64,000 bases of DNA from Bacteroidales bacterium. GTDB taxonomy: Bacteria > Bacteroidota > Bacteroidia > Bacteroidales > UBA7960. The notes below the pieces were generated by a model. It did not search any database and was not told the origin of the DNA. It worked only from the letters and a program-made list of their open reading frames with translations. The stretch is taken from assembly GCA_003559855.1 (NCBI GenBank), contig PWJZ01000124.1, forward strand, positions 40,580 to 104,579. Direction: 5' to 3'. Every line of letters starts with the position of its first letter. The stretch's first letter is position 1. Made by a program: the position numbers and the translations under genes. Positions 1-9,798 of this stretch are shown piece by piece.

Positions 1-2
1 CT

Positions 3-1748
3 AATGCACATACTACTATAACTACAAAACAAACAATAGACCTTACCCAGGAATCGACTATGATAAATGCTGAATTTTATGCCAGATGGCATATTGTTAG
101 AAATTATGCTTATGTGCAATTTATGGTTTCCGATGATAATGGTCAAACATGGACACCTTTGGAAGGAAATTATACAATCAGGGGTTCGTCAGATAAGAAC
201 AGAAACGAGCCTTTATATGATGGATTTCAGGATGAATGGGTTAAAGAAATTATTGATTTGACTGATTTTACGGGCAAAGAAATCTTATTACGTTTTAGTT
301 TGGTTAGCAGCCACACCGGATGGTGGCCCCTTCCGCCCGCTACCGAAGAAGGTTTCTATTTTGATGAGTTTTCAGTATTAAGAATTGATAGCCCCGATAT
401 AGCATGGTTTGATTTTCCCGAAGAAATGAGTTTCTACCAGCATGAAACCCTGATTGTTGACCTGCAAGATTATACTGAAAAAACTATTGAAGATGATCAC
501 AAAATATCCTGGTTTGATAATGAGAAACTGGTTATTGATGAAGAAGACGGAGTGCTTTATATTACTATTGATGAGATGACATGGTTTGGTGAAGAAAATA
601 TCGTCATAATGGTTGAAATGGAAGAAAATTCGGTAATAAAAGGTAACCTGAAAGTAATATGTGAAGAAATACCAAAACCTGTTATCGTCGGTCATGATGA
701 TCTTGAGTTTGATATGAATACACATTTTGTGCTGGAAATGGATTATTTGCATGTGGAAGACCCTGTATTCAATTATCCCGAAGATTTTGAGATGACTATA
801 TACGAAGGTGACAATTATGATTTTGACAATCATACTATTTATCCTCATGAAGGTTTTGTAGGTGATATTTTTGTTCCGGTTTCGGTCTCCAATGGATATA
901 AGGAAAGCGATTTATATGATGTGGTTATTGAAATAAAATATGTAACAACGGTTTTTTCTGAAGAGTTTAGTTTTTACCAGTATGAAACGCTTGCTGTTGA
1001 CCTTCAGGATTATACTGAGGAAACTATTAAAGAAGATCATGTAATTACCTGGTCGGGCAATGAGAACCTGGTCATCGAAGAGGAGAACGGAGTGCTATAT
1101 ATTACCGTTGATGATCTCTCATGGGCAGGCGAAGAAAACATTACTGTCAATGTTGAAGATGAGCAATTTCTTATATTGCAGGGTGATTTGAATATTACCT
1201 GCAAGGAAATACCCAAGCCCGTCATTGTTGGGCATGATGAGCTGGCGTTTGATATGAATACTCATTTTGTGATGCAAATGGATTATTTGTATGTTGAAGA
1301 TGAGTTGTTTGATTACCCGGAAGATTTTGGTATGACTCTTTACGAAGGCGAAAATTATGATTTTGCCCATCATACTATTTATCCTCATGAAGGTTTTTCA
1401 GGGGAGATCTATGTGCCCGTTTCCGTTTTCAATGAGTATAAGGAAAGCGAAAAGCATGAAGTAAATATTGATATCAAACATGTTACAGCGGTTTTTTCAA
1501 AAGACAGGGATATATTGAATCTTTTTTATAGCGGTCAGAAACAAGGGTTTATACTGGTTTTGGACGACACTTCATATCATTTTGAGAAGCTTCTTATATA
1601 TGATGTTTCGGGTCAGTTATTGAGGGATTACAGTGTCTATGGAGAGGAGAGGAGGCAGTTTTTCCCGGCGGGTGACCTGAAGCACGGAGTTTATGTTTAC
1701 AGGCTTGTTGGCAGGAAGCTTTATTCAGGCAAAGTGGTCGTATTTTAA
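3..1748 (+). CDS. secreted protein, 5' end probably outside the window, with an internal 180-aa tandem duplication and a C-terminal T9SS (Por) sorting domain
   Basis: The frame is open from nt 3 through the listed ATG at 60, so the gene likely starts upstream. The last ~75 aa (LLIYDVSGQLL...GVYVYRLVGRKLYSGKVVVF) match the pattern of Bacteroidota type IX secretion C-terminal domains. Confidence 0.7.
   Translation, partial: NAHTTITTKQTIDLTQESTMINAEFYARWHIVRNYAYVQFMVSDDNGQTWTPLEGNYTIRGSSDKNRNEPLYDGFQDEWVKEIIDLTDFTGKEILLRFSLVSSHTGWWPLPPATEEGFYFDEFSVLRIDSPDIAWFDFPEEMSFYQHETLIVDLQDYTEKTIEDDHKISWFDNEKLVIDEEDGVLYITIDEMTWFGEENIVIMVEMEENSVIKGNLKVICEEIPKPVIVGHDDLEFDMNTHFVLEMDYLHVEDPVFNYPEDFEMTIYEGDNYDFDNHTIYPHEGFVGDIFVPVSVSNGYKESDLYDVVIEIKYVTTVFSEEFSFYQYETLAVDLQDYTEETIKEDHVITWSGNENLVIEEENGVLYITVDDLSWAGEENITVNVEDEQFLILQGDLNITCKEIPKPVIVGHDELAFDMNTHFVMQMDYLYVEDELFDYPEDFGMTLYEGENYDFAHHTIYPHEGFSGEIYVPVSVFNEYKESEKHEVNIDIKHVTAVFSKDRDILNLFYSGQKQGFILVLDDTSYHFEKLLIYDVSGQLLRDYSVYGEERRQFFPAGDLKHGVYVYRLVGRKLYSGKVVVF
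420..1499 (+). repeat. in-frame tandem duplication, 2 x 540 nt (420-959 and 960-1499)
   Basis: EEMSFYQHETL...YVTTVFS and EEFSFYQYETL...HVTAVFS align colinearly. The string aggaaagcga occurs at both 901 and 1441, exactly 540 nt apart. Confidence 0.9.
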
Positions 1749-1854
1749 ATACTCTGACCGGCAGTAATTTCTGCAGTATTATCATTTGACGATTAATATA
1801 ATAAAGCAGGCGGTTGGCAGGCAGTGTTTAACCGGATGCAACCTTCTGATAACA

Positions 1855-3006
1855 TCAGGCGAAAAGGTCTGATGCTATTTTATCGGCAAGCAGTTTACCC
1901 TTTCCTGAGAGTTTGATGTTGTCTTGATTATCGATTAACAAGCCGTTTTCAAGGTGTGATGATGCTTCTTTTTCAAAATGTTTCAGGAATCTGCTGCCGA
2001 ATTCCCTGTTTATTTTGTCTTTGCTGCAGCCCCACTGGGTTCTTAGAGAAGTCATAATGTATTCGTTAAATGCTTTCCGGGCTGTGATTTTTTCTTTTTC
2101 GCAGGGTATTAAGCCTTTTTTGATCCGGCTTATATATTCCGTGGTGTTACTTATGTTCCATTGCCTGGTTTTGCCATTGTAGCTATGTGCCGAAGGGCCC
2201 AGCCCAAGGTAAGGTATCCCTTGCCAGTAACTCAGATTATGTTTTGAGAAATATCCCTGTTTGCCGAAATTTGATATTTCATAATGTTCATATCCCGATT
2301 TAACTAGCAAATCGATCATTATTTCGAACTGGTCGCAGGCGTGATCCTCGTTGACCTGCTCAGTTTGCCCGCGTTTGATGAACACGCTGAGCGTGGTTTT
2401 TGGCTCAACAGTCAGGCAATAAGCCGAAACATGCGGTACCGCCAGATCTGTAATAGTATGCAGGTTGTCACGCCATTTATCGTTATCAAGCGTTGGTGTT
2501 CCGTAAATCAAATCAACAGAGATGTTTTTAAATCCGGTTTTATATGCATTTTTTATAGATTGTTTGGCTTGTGCCGGCGAATGTATCCTGTTGAGGTATT
2601 GCAGGTCGGCATATTGAAAAGATTGAATGCCTACGCTTAAACGGTTTACTGAAGTTTGCCTGAGAGCCATGAGCTTTTCAATAGTCAGGTCGTCGGGATT
2701 TGCTTCCAGGGTAACTTCAGCGCCCGATCTTAACTCAAAAAATTCATATATCTGTCTTAATATCCCGATAAGTTCCGAAACTTTCAATATGCTGGGCGTA
2801 CCACCACCAAAGTAAAGAGTGTCTATAAGAAGCTTGTTGTTTTTGGTCTTTTCAGCGTATGGTGCAAGGAAATCTTGCCGGAGTCTGATCTCTTCATGCA
2901 GACATTGTAAAAAATCTTGCTTATGCTTTAATGATACCGTAAAATGGAAATTGCAATAATGACAAGCCTGTCTGCAAAAAGGGATATGAATATAAACTCC
3001 GGGCAT
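1855..3006 (-). CDS. hemW: radical SAM family heme chaperone HemW (HemN-like)
   Basis: N-terminal YIHIPFCRQACHYCNF radical-SAM CxxxCxxC motif. The 383-aa length is typical of HemW rather than HemN. Confidence 0.85.
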   Translation of the reverse strand: MPGVYIHIPFCRQACHYCNFHFTVSLKHKQDFLQCLHEEIRLRQDFLAPYAEKTKNNKLLIDTLYFGGGTPSILKVSELIGILRQIYEFFELRSGAEVTLEANPDDLTIEKLMALRQTSVNRLSVGIQSFQYADLQYLNRIHSPAQAKQSIKNAYKTGFKNISVDLIYGTPTLDNDKWRDNLHTITDLAVPHVSAYCLTVEPKTTLSVFIKRGQTEQVNEDHACDQFEIMIDLLVKSGYEHYEISNFGKQGYFSKHNLSYWQGIPYLGLGPSAHSYNGKTRQWNISNTTEYISRIKKGLIPCEKEKITARKAFNEYIMTSLRTQWGCSKDKINREFGSRFLKHFEKEASSHLENGLLIDNQDNIKLSGKGKLLADKIASDLFA

Positions 3007-3132
3007 GGCTTATTGCTTTTTGTTTTGCGGGGGCAAATATAAGAGGAATTGTTTAATTGTTAATGAATTCTTGGGTAAGTGGTTTTATTTTTAAATATCG
3101 GTTAATTCAAAAGTTTGCCGGTTTTACAACGG

Positions 3133-3646
3133 GGTTCCTCATTCCGTTTTACTCCATTACTAACGACAACATTACGTAACGTATTATATATTAAGTACAT
3201 GTAATTAGCAATTTACTATCACCAATTTTTTGCAACCTTGAAATTGACGTTTCCGAATACTACTAATGATAACATTTTGCAAGTTGCGGATTTTGTGCAA
3301 TATTATAAACACGCTGAATCTATTAAAGGTGACTCATACAATTAATTCAATCACAAGAAAGGTTTAAACTTTTAAAACGCCCTCCGGTTCTATATCGGGA
3401 TTTCTCACTCCACTGGCGTTTCGTACTGAAATGGCTATGCCTCAGGGGTTTAAGTGGGTAAAGATGGCAGCGGCGTCGCCGCTGCCATCTTTACCCCTTT
3501 TTCACAACAGCCGCAGGTCATACCGAACGGAGCGTCAGCAGAGCGAGGTGTCTCGTGGCTTTAAGGTTTACGTGGCAAAAAGCGGAATGAGGGATTCGAA
3601 GCCTTATAGTTGTCATTAGTAACGAAACGGAGTGTATTGAGGAACC
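3133..3646. repeat. cluster of REP-like repeats bounded by 38-nt imperfect inverted repeats (3133-3170 and 3609-3646)
   Basis: rc(3133-3170) GTTGTCGTTAGTAATGGAGTAAAACGGAATGAGGAACC versus 3609-3646 GTTGTCATTAGTAACGAAACGGAGTGTATTGAGGAACC, about 27/38 by eye with well-conserved ends. Related copies lie at 3397-3427 (rc), 3517-3554 and 3582-3597. Confidence 0.7.
3456..3502 (+). terminator. perfect 20-nt-arm hairpin followed by a T5 run (intrinsic-terminator-like, orphan)
   Basis: GGGTAAAGATGGCAGCGGCG t CGCCGCTGCCATCTTTACCC followed by CTTTTT. No plus-strand ORF lies upstream. Confidence 0.55.
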
Positions 3647-3796
3647 GAGCTTGCAAGCTCGCCGAAGGCAAATTCTTCGCATAATCGGAAAAGTTTTTTA
3701 AAAATTTTTGTATTTGTCATTTTCACATTTAGGGCAATTTTGCCTGAAGATAGAAGATTATTAGTGATGTGGCTGCATGGGGATCAAAGAAAAATT

Positions 3797-5554
3797 TCAA
3801 AAGCTATGTTTCACCGGGAAGCTGTTCCATCGCAGGGCTATTGAGAATAAGAGATCGGATTTTTCGGTGTTGTTGCTTTTTTGCTCTTCGGTGCGCAGCA
3901 TGGTTGATATATCAAAAAACAGGTTAGGCTTCCATTCCCAGCTGATCATAAGATCCAGTAATGTTACGTCAATTTTATCACCCTGGAGGAAATACATACC
4001 GTAGTCATCCGGTCGTTCGGAGTAATCATTTAGTATGTTGCCGCCATAGTTGACATCGTTCATATCTTTTCCGTGTTTATATTTGAATGCTTGCAGCGAA
4101 AAGGTAAGGTTTGTACCGTAGCGGTATAGTATACGTGCTGCCTGTTCGGAGAAGTTGGCACCCAGCGGGTGAGCCAGTGCCTGGCTGTAATGTGTATAGC
4201 TCGCAGCCGGGCGAAGCCCCGATCCATAGGTGTCGAAGTGAGAGTACGTATAAGGCCTGACCAGGATGGCTTCTATTTGAAAATCGAGATTGGAAATGCC
4301 TGCAACATCAATCCATTTAACCCCTGTCTGTAATCCGAACTTGTTTCTGAACGATGCAAATTCGCTGTACTTACGTTCGCTTCTGAGACCTGTTCTCACA
4401 AGCAATGAGTCCAGGTCTTTCCTGACGTCTTTAAGGTAAAAGTCATCAATGTATATTTGTCCGTAGAAGGAGAATCTTGACGCAATGAGCCATTGCCAGT
4501 CAAGCCCTATCGCTACTTTGTCAGGGTCGCCGATCTGGTGTTCAATGGCACGGTAAAAGATAACGGGGTTCAGGTATTGGGCTTCGAAGCTGCGCTGGTT
4601 AAGACTGTCAACCCTTCCGAAGGTTACATTTTCAAACAAACCCAGGCGGAAGTTATCGGTAATTCTGGCGGTAAGATAATGAGTTGTGCTGAACTTCCTG
4701 TCGTAGCGCCTGCCTCCAAAGGTTTGCATCGGGTAGTCAACAAGCTCGGCAAAAATATTCTGGTAGTGAAAGCGCTTGAATTGAGTGTTTAATTTAAGAA
4801 AGAGGTAATTGTTGGAATAATTGGATAAAAAGAGTGACCGTATACCATTGCCGATTATATTTTTATCCTGCCCAAACAGCACATCAATATTGGGCAGCAG
4901 CCTGAAGGACAAATACCCTTTAACGGAGAAAAAATCGTAGCCGTCATCACCAAAAGGTTTATGCCATCCTTCGCCGGGTATGGCGCCATCCTGGTCAGAT
5001 ATTTTTTCATTCACGTACACGGGGTAGCGTGCCTGGTTGTCGGCAATAAATGAGTAAAAGCCGATCTTTTCGTTGATCAGTCCTCTTACCTGGATACCCC
5101 GCTGATTAAGATAAGGCAATTCACCTGTGCTTTCTTCGAATGTGCCGATAAGATTTAGCACCGGGTTTAAGGAGAGAAAAAAGCCGTTTTCCTCGTAGCG
5201 GAAAAAGTCAACCGGATATTCGTAAAAAATGCCCAGCACCGGCCTTTCCGATTCCGGCTGTTTTTCAGTTGTCCACTCCGGGTTATCGGCAAAAAATCGT
5301 TTCATAATAAGGCGGTCCGTACGGCTCAATCCTGCAATGGCTGTATCGGCTTTTTCGAGGTATTTTACCGTTTTTTTACGTGAAAAGGGTTTCAGGGATG
5401 TGAAAATGTGTTCGGAGAATGAGCCCGATTTAATTTCAAGTCGTTCTATAAATTCGTGCTCCAGCAGAGAGGCTTCGTGAAGATAAACGCTTTGAGCGGA
5501 TGCATAACCGCAAAACAATGCTGAAATTATGAGAGCCAGGTATATGCGTATCAT
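3797..5554 (-). CDS. outer-membrane protein, capsule-assembly Wzi-like family (tentative)
   Basis: Signal peptide MIRIYLALIISALFCGYASAQ starting at the internal ATG at 5554. The FGQDKNIIGNGIRSLFLSNYSNNYLFLKL segment resembles the Wzi-family WGPG..SL.LS motif. The rest has a beta-strand-rich pattern. Confidence 0.55.
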   Translation of the reverse strand: MIRIYLALIISALFCGYASAQSVYLHEASLLEHEFIERLEIKSGSFSEHIFTSLKPFSRKKTVKYLEKADTAIAGLSRTDRLIMKRFFADNPEWTTEKQPESERPVLGIFYEYPVDFFRYEENGFFLSLNPVLNLIGTFEESTGELPYLNQRGIQVRGLINEKIGFYSFIADNQARYPVYVNEKISDQDGAIPGEGWHKPFGDDGYDFFSVKGYLSFRLLPNIDVLFGQDKNIIGNGIRSLFLSNYSNNYLFLKLNTQFKRFHYQNIFAELVDYPMQTFGGRRYDRKFSTTHYLTARITDNFRLGLFENVTFGRVDSLNQRSFEAQYLNPVIFYRAIEHQIGDPDKVAIGLDWQWLIASRFSFYGQIYIDDFYLKDVRKDLDSLLVRTGLRSERKYSEFASFRNKFGLQTGVKWIDVAGISNLDFQIEAILVRPYTYSHFDTYGSGLRPAASYTHYSQALAHPLGANFSEQAARILYRYGTNLTFSLQAFKYKHGKDMNDVNYGGNILNDYSERPDDYGMYFLQGDKIDVTLLDLMISWEWKPNLFFDISTMLRTEEQKSNNTEKSDLLFSIALRWNSFPVKHSF

Positions 5555-5852
5555 AACCGTCAAAATTTTTTCAAAAGTAGGAAAAAGTTTAATGAGTTTT
5601 GTATTTTTCAAATAGGGGGTTAATGTTGTTATATGCTAATTAATTCGTAAGCTTTAATAAAAATCCTAAATGCTAAGTTTGAAATCCCCGGTTCATACGG
5701 TAAAAATATGCTGCGAAAGGCTTATGAGGTGATGAGAAGATATTGATTCCAGGGTATTTACAAACGTTTTAGAAAAAAAACCGGTAACCTTATTATCTTA
5801 TTGTTTTTGAAAAAAAGTTTAATAAGGTTTGGAGGTGGGTGGGTAAGGACAA

Positions 5853-7343
5853 TTATTTTAAGCCGGCTATTTTTTTATTGAACAGGGCAAAAATTATGAG
5901 AACCGCTACCCATTGCACAAGTACTGTCACAACGCTGAATGTTGCAAACGGGTTATACCATTCTTCTGGTGCGAATTGAGTTATTGAGAGCCAGATCCAC
6001 CATGTGAGCAGGACAACACCTGCTGTGGGTACGAAGTAGCGGATAAGAATATTCCACCAGCTTCTCAGGCGCCAATCGCCTGTTATCAGTCCGTTATCAC
6101 CTTTAAGCTTATTAAGTCCGTACCTGGCGGCAAATATTGCTATAAACACGCCGGAGAGCATTAACCCCAGACCCCAGACGAAGTCCTGGTTGCTAAGTAC
6201 ATTTAAGTTCATGGCAGAGGGCACACCAACCAAATAGACGACGGCTCCCACGATCAGTACGGCATGTTTTCTTTTTAGTCCTTTATCAACCAATGTTCTT
6301 GAGCTTAGCTCAAGCATTGATATCAGCGAAGAGAATCCGGCGCAAGCCAGCCCGAGGAAGAAAAATATTGCCAGTATATTTCCGCCGGGCATGAGTGCAA
6401 AGAGCTGTGGCATCCAGATGAAGGTAAGTCCTGTTGATGCCGGGCCGGATGTTTGCATTACATTCAGCACTTCAGGGTCGGTATATCCCAGTCCGTATTG
6501 AAGGACGGAAAATACCGTACCGAATATCATGATAGCAATTAGTAATGAGATGATATTGTTGCCGAACCCTGTTATAAAAGCGTTTTTCACTGCGCCGTGG
6601 CGAACCTGCATATATGTGGCATAACAGAGGAACAGCCCCCATCCTGCGCCGGTATCCCAGGCATTTTGCGTGAGGGCATGAAGCCAGATGTCGGGCGTTT
6701 TGAGTTGTTGCCAGTCGACACTAAACAGGTAAGCTATACCATCCAGTGCTCCGGGGAGCAACAGGGCACGTATCACCGCAGCAATTATTATCAGCACCAG
6801 CAGAGGGATAAGAACTTTATTCACTTTTTCGATAGACACTATCCCTTTCCAGATCACAAAGATGCCGACGGCCACGGCAAGAAAGTGAAGGATGAAAGGC
6901 ATATTAGAGCGCTGGAATGTCTCCCATATTTGCATTGAATCCACGCTGGTTTGAGGCAGGGGAAATATGAGCATCTGGATAAAATAGTATATTGCCCAGC
7001 CTACGATTACGGCATAAAAGAAGCTTATAGCCGCGGCAACGAAAACCACAAAGGCACCCATCCATGCAAAACGCTTGCCAATACCTTTAACAAAAGAGCC
7101 TACAACACCGTAGCGATATTTGCGTCCTATAAGGTATTCGGTGATTATCAGTGGAATACTCCATAAAAACAAAAATATTAACCAGGCTATAATAAGTGCA
7201 CCGGCTCCGTCATCGCTGCCACACTGGGCAGCTATACGCGGAAACCTCCATATGTTGCCCGTGCCAACGGCTATACCCAATGCACTGAGCAAAAGCCCTA
7301 GACGCGAACTGAACCTTTGATCTACCGACCCGTCAATTGCCAT
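5853..7343 (-). CDS. sodium-dependent transporter, neurotransmitter:sodium symporter (SNF/NSS) family
   Basis: Hallmark GIAVGTGNIWRFP motif near the N-terminus. Multi-pass hydrophobic protein of 496 aa. Confidence 0.85.
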   Translation of the reverse strand: MAIDGSVDQRFSSRLGLLLSALGIAVGTGNIWRFPRIAAQCGSDDGAGALIIAWLIFLFLWSIPLIITEYLIGRKYRYGVVGSFVKGIGKRFAWMGAFVVFVAAAISFFYAVIVGWAIYYFIQMLIFPLPQTSVDSMQIWETFQRSNMPFILHFLAVAVGIFVIWKGIVSIEKVNKVLIPLLVLIIIAAVIRALLLPGALDGIAYLFSVDWQQLKTPDIWLHALTQNAWDTGAGWGLFLCYATYMQVRHGAVKNAFITGFGNNIISLLIAIMIFGTVFSVLQYGLGYTDPEVLNVMQTSGPASTGLTFIWMPQLFALMPGGNILAIFFFLGLACAGFSSLISMLELSSRTLVDKGLKRKHAVLIVGAVVYLVGVPSAMNLNVLSNQDFVWGLGLMLSGVFIAIFAARYGLNKLKGDNGLITGDWRLRSWWNILIRYFVPTAGVVLLTWWIWLSITQFAPEEWYNPFATFSVVTVLVQWVAVLIIFALFNKKIAGLK

Positions 7344-7717
7344 GGTTTTTTTGATGCAAATGTATAAAAAAATAAAAGTTGAATTATACTCGCGGTAAAT
7401 GGTTGTGAAGGACCACGGGGTAGCGCATCAGGGATTATGTGTGCAGAATTTGATGTTCTTTGTTTTGTGCTTTTCGGGCTTTGACGGTTTCTGATTCATA
7501 TTGGTATACGTCTTAACATTTACAAAATAAATCAATGTCATTATTGTAAAAAAAAATATATTTGTATATAGATTATGTTCAGATTTCGCTTAACATTAAA
7601 TGCCCGGCAGCAACAAAAGTATATGCTGGTGAGGGTAAACAGGTTTTCAGCTTTTTTTGTTTCATCAATTCGAGGATTTTCCAATAACTAAACACTGAAT
7701 TATATATCCTTTTAATT

Positions 7718-8056
7718 ATGAGAAATCTTGTTTTAATAAACTTGCTGATAATGTTACTAATAGCAGCCTGTGAAAAAGACAGCAATTCTTTGGAAGGCAA
7801 TGCGGATATCATGAAATTCATCCCGGAAAAATGTTATTGTTGCTGGGGTTGGATTATACAAACTGATGACAAGCTTATAAAATCTGATGACGAGAGAATC
7901 GGGGAATTAGTTGGTTATGAGATTTCTGACCCGGTGAAGGTATATGTTGAACTTGGTGATCCTGAAATTTTCTGCTCGGAGATGAATTATGAAAACCCTG
8001 ATTATAGGATAGACTATTATGAAATTAAAAGAATTAAGATTGTTGATCGGGAATAA
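7718..8056 (+). CDS. small lipoprotein, unknown function
   Basis: Lipobox LLIAAC at the end of a signal peptide. Contains a CYCCWGW motif. No family recognised. Confidence 0.55.
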   Translation: MRNLVLINLLIMLLIAACEKDSNSLEGNADIMKFIPEKCYCCWGWIIQTDDKLIKSDDERIGELVGYEISDPVKVYVELGDPEIFCSEMNYENPDYRIDYYEIKRIKIVDRE

Positions 8057-8514
8057 ATGATGTACTTTTAAAAATTCTTTATTTAAGAAAATTAAGGGAG
8101 GTTAAGCCGGAGATAACCTTGTGATGACAGGAATTTATTAAGATACTTATCAAAATAAATAGTACTGTTAAACGCAAGTCATTTATCAATTTTTTATTAC
8201 TGTCATTGTTGTGGTTTTTCGTTCGGCTAGTATTTTTTTGCAACAGAAAAGCCGGTTAATTATACATTATTGAGAACCTAACTGATAGGGTTATCGGATT
8301 TATTCATCGTTGGAAGCACGAATAATTACAGTTGATGTTTTTTTCGGTAAAATTGTTCGGAATGTTTATTTTTGCCTCGTTTATTTGATTTGAAATATAG
8401 CGGTTTGAATTATTTTTGTAGCTGTCACCATGTTTTTCGATAAATTACAGATATTCATAGTTCACTGATTTTAATAGCAAGTAATATAAAAAATTTTCAA
8501 AGGAGACTATATTT

Positions 8515-9348
8515 ATGGCAGAAAAAAACCTTATTTACCGGGGGAAGTCGAAAGATGTTTATAATATAGCCGAAGGACTTCATGCCGGGAAGTACCGTCT
8601 TGTTTTCAAGGATGATGCGACGGGTTACATGGAGGGTGGCAGGCCTGTTTTTGATCCCGGATACGATACTGTTGTCGGTGAGATCCCCGGCAAAGGCGCC
8701 ATAGCCTGCAGGTTTGCCTCACATTTCTTCAAATTGCTTAAGGATAAGGGCATTCCTTCACATTACATTGATACGGTCAGGGATAATGAAATGATCGTTG
8801 AGCCTGCCGATCCGTTATCAATGCCGGTGGAATCGCCGGGTTTCCCCGGATCAGCACCGCTTTTGAATCTTGAGTTTACCTGGCGAAACAATGCAACCGG
8901 AAGCTTCTGGAGAAGATACCCCTTTGTAAAGCCATGTAAAAATATACATAAAGTCGTTGAAGCATGGACAAAAGGAGATGTTGATGTGCTCATAACATTC
9001 GAAGCATTGGAAGAAACCGGAGCAATGAGCAGGGAGGAAATAGCATACAGCGTAGAGCTTGTGAAGAACATTGCTGAAATCGTTTGTGAGGAGTTCAAAT
9101 CAAAAAATCTGCATGTTATTGACGGTAAGTTTGAATTGGGCAGATTGAAATATGGGGACGGAAAAATTGTCATAATCGACGAAATATCTCCCGATGTGTT
9201 GCGGGTGTGCAGAGGATATTCACCGGATAAAGACGGCGACTGTAAAATATATGAACAATGTGCGTTAACCAGCTACTCCGGAGGCAAGAGGACTATTAAG
9301 AACAAGAACCAGGTTCGGGCTGCTGATTTTATTGACATTTTTTTTTAA
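8515..9348 (+). CDS. purC: SAICAR synthetase (PurC)-family protein
   Basis: N-terminal YRGKSKDVY, GKG, and IIDEISPD motifs are colinear with PurC. The C-terminal region is divergent. Confidence 0.65.
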   Translation: MAEKNLIYRGKSKDVYNIAEGLHAGKYRLVFKDDATGYMEGGRPVFDPGYDTVVGEIPGKGAIACRFASHFFKLLKDKGIPSHYIDTVRDNEMIVEPADPLSMPVESPGFPGSAPLLNLEFTWRNNATGSFWRRYPFVKPCKNIHKVVEAWTKGDVDVLITFEALEETGAMSREEIAYSVELVKNIAEIVCEEFKSKNLHVIDGKFELGRLKYGDGKIVIIDEISPDVLRVCRGYSPDKDGDCKIYEQCALTSYSGGKRTIKNKNQVRAADFIDIFF

Positions 9349-9798
9349 AAAACCAAACCCGTCAAATTGGAGTGCATAAAGCATAAAAATGGCTGATAAT
9401 CCTTGTTTTGCCGTGACCATAAATGACATAGGGTGAAATAAAAAAAGGCTTACGGCATAATTATAACAGTTCATAAGTACATCTGATCCGGTAATGTGCT
9501 TTCCGGCAAAGCAATGATTTAAAATTAGTACGTTAAAGATTTTTAATGCGTGAATGGCAATTTTGCTTGCGATAATTTTGTTTTTTGCAAAATATAATTT
9601 AATTTTACCTCAAAAATGTAAATCTTTTTATATTACATGAATCGAACTGGTGTTGTTTTCAATTTGTTTGGCTTTTTTCATTAATGTTTCAATATGATAT
9701 TACGAAATTACAGTTGTTCAGTACAGTAGTGATAACTGTTTTATTAAACAGAGCAATGGGTAGTTAATTTTAATAATGAACAAAAAAATCTAAAAGTT

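Noticed and set aside
378-1388. Antisense ORFs 378-848 and 1119-1388, both beginning MRINSM...
   Set aside because: They lie fully inside, and antisense to, the long T9SS protein gene. They resemble each other only because they mirror its 540-nt tandem duplication. Composition is Ile/Phe/Lys-rich, typical of AT-rich antisense frames.
3431-3619. 62-aa plus-strand ORF in the hemW/Wzi-like intergenic region
   Set aside because: It is read straight through the perfect hairpin and the REP-like units, giving an Arg/Ser/Pro-rich sequence with no start context. It is more parsimonious as a repeat-derived artefact.
3100-3700. Possible structured RNA gene (tmRNA, RNase P, SRP RNA or 6S) in the relatively GC-rich gap
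   Set aside because: I looked for a tmRNA tag ending in ALAA plus a T-arm, the RNase P GAAAGTCCGG core and the SRP domain IV motif, and found none. The GC-rich sequence is explained by repeated REP-like units. A novel sRNA ending at the hairpin is kept as a finding only.
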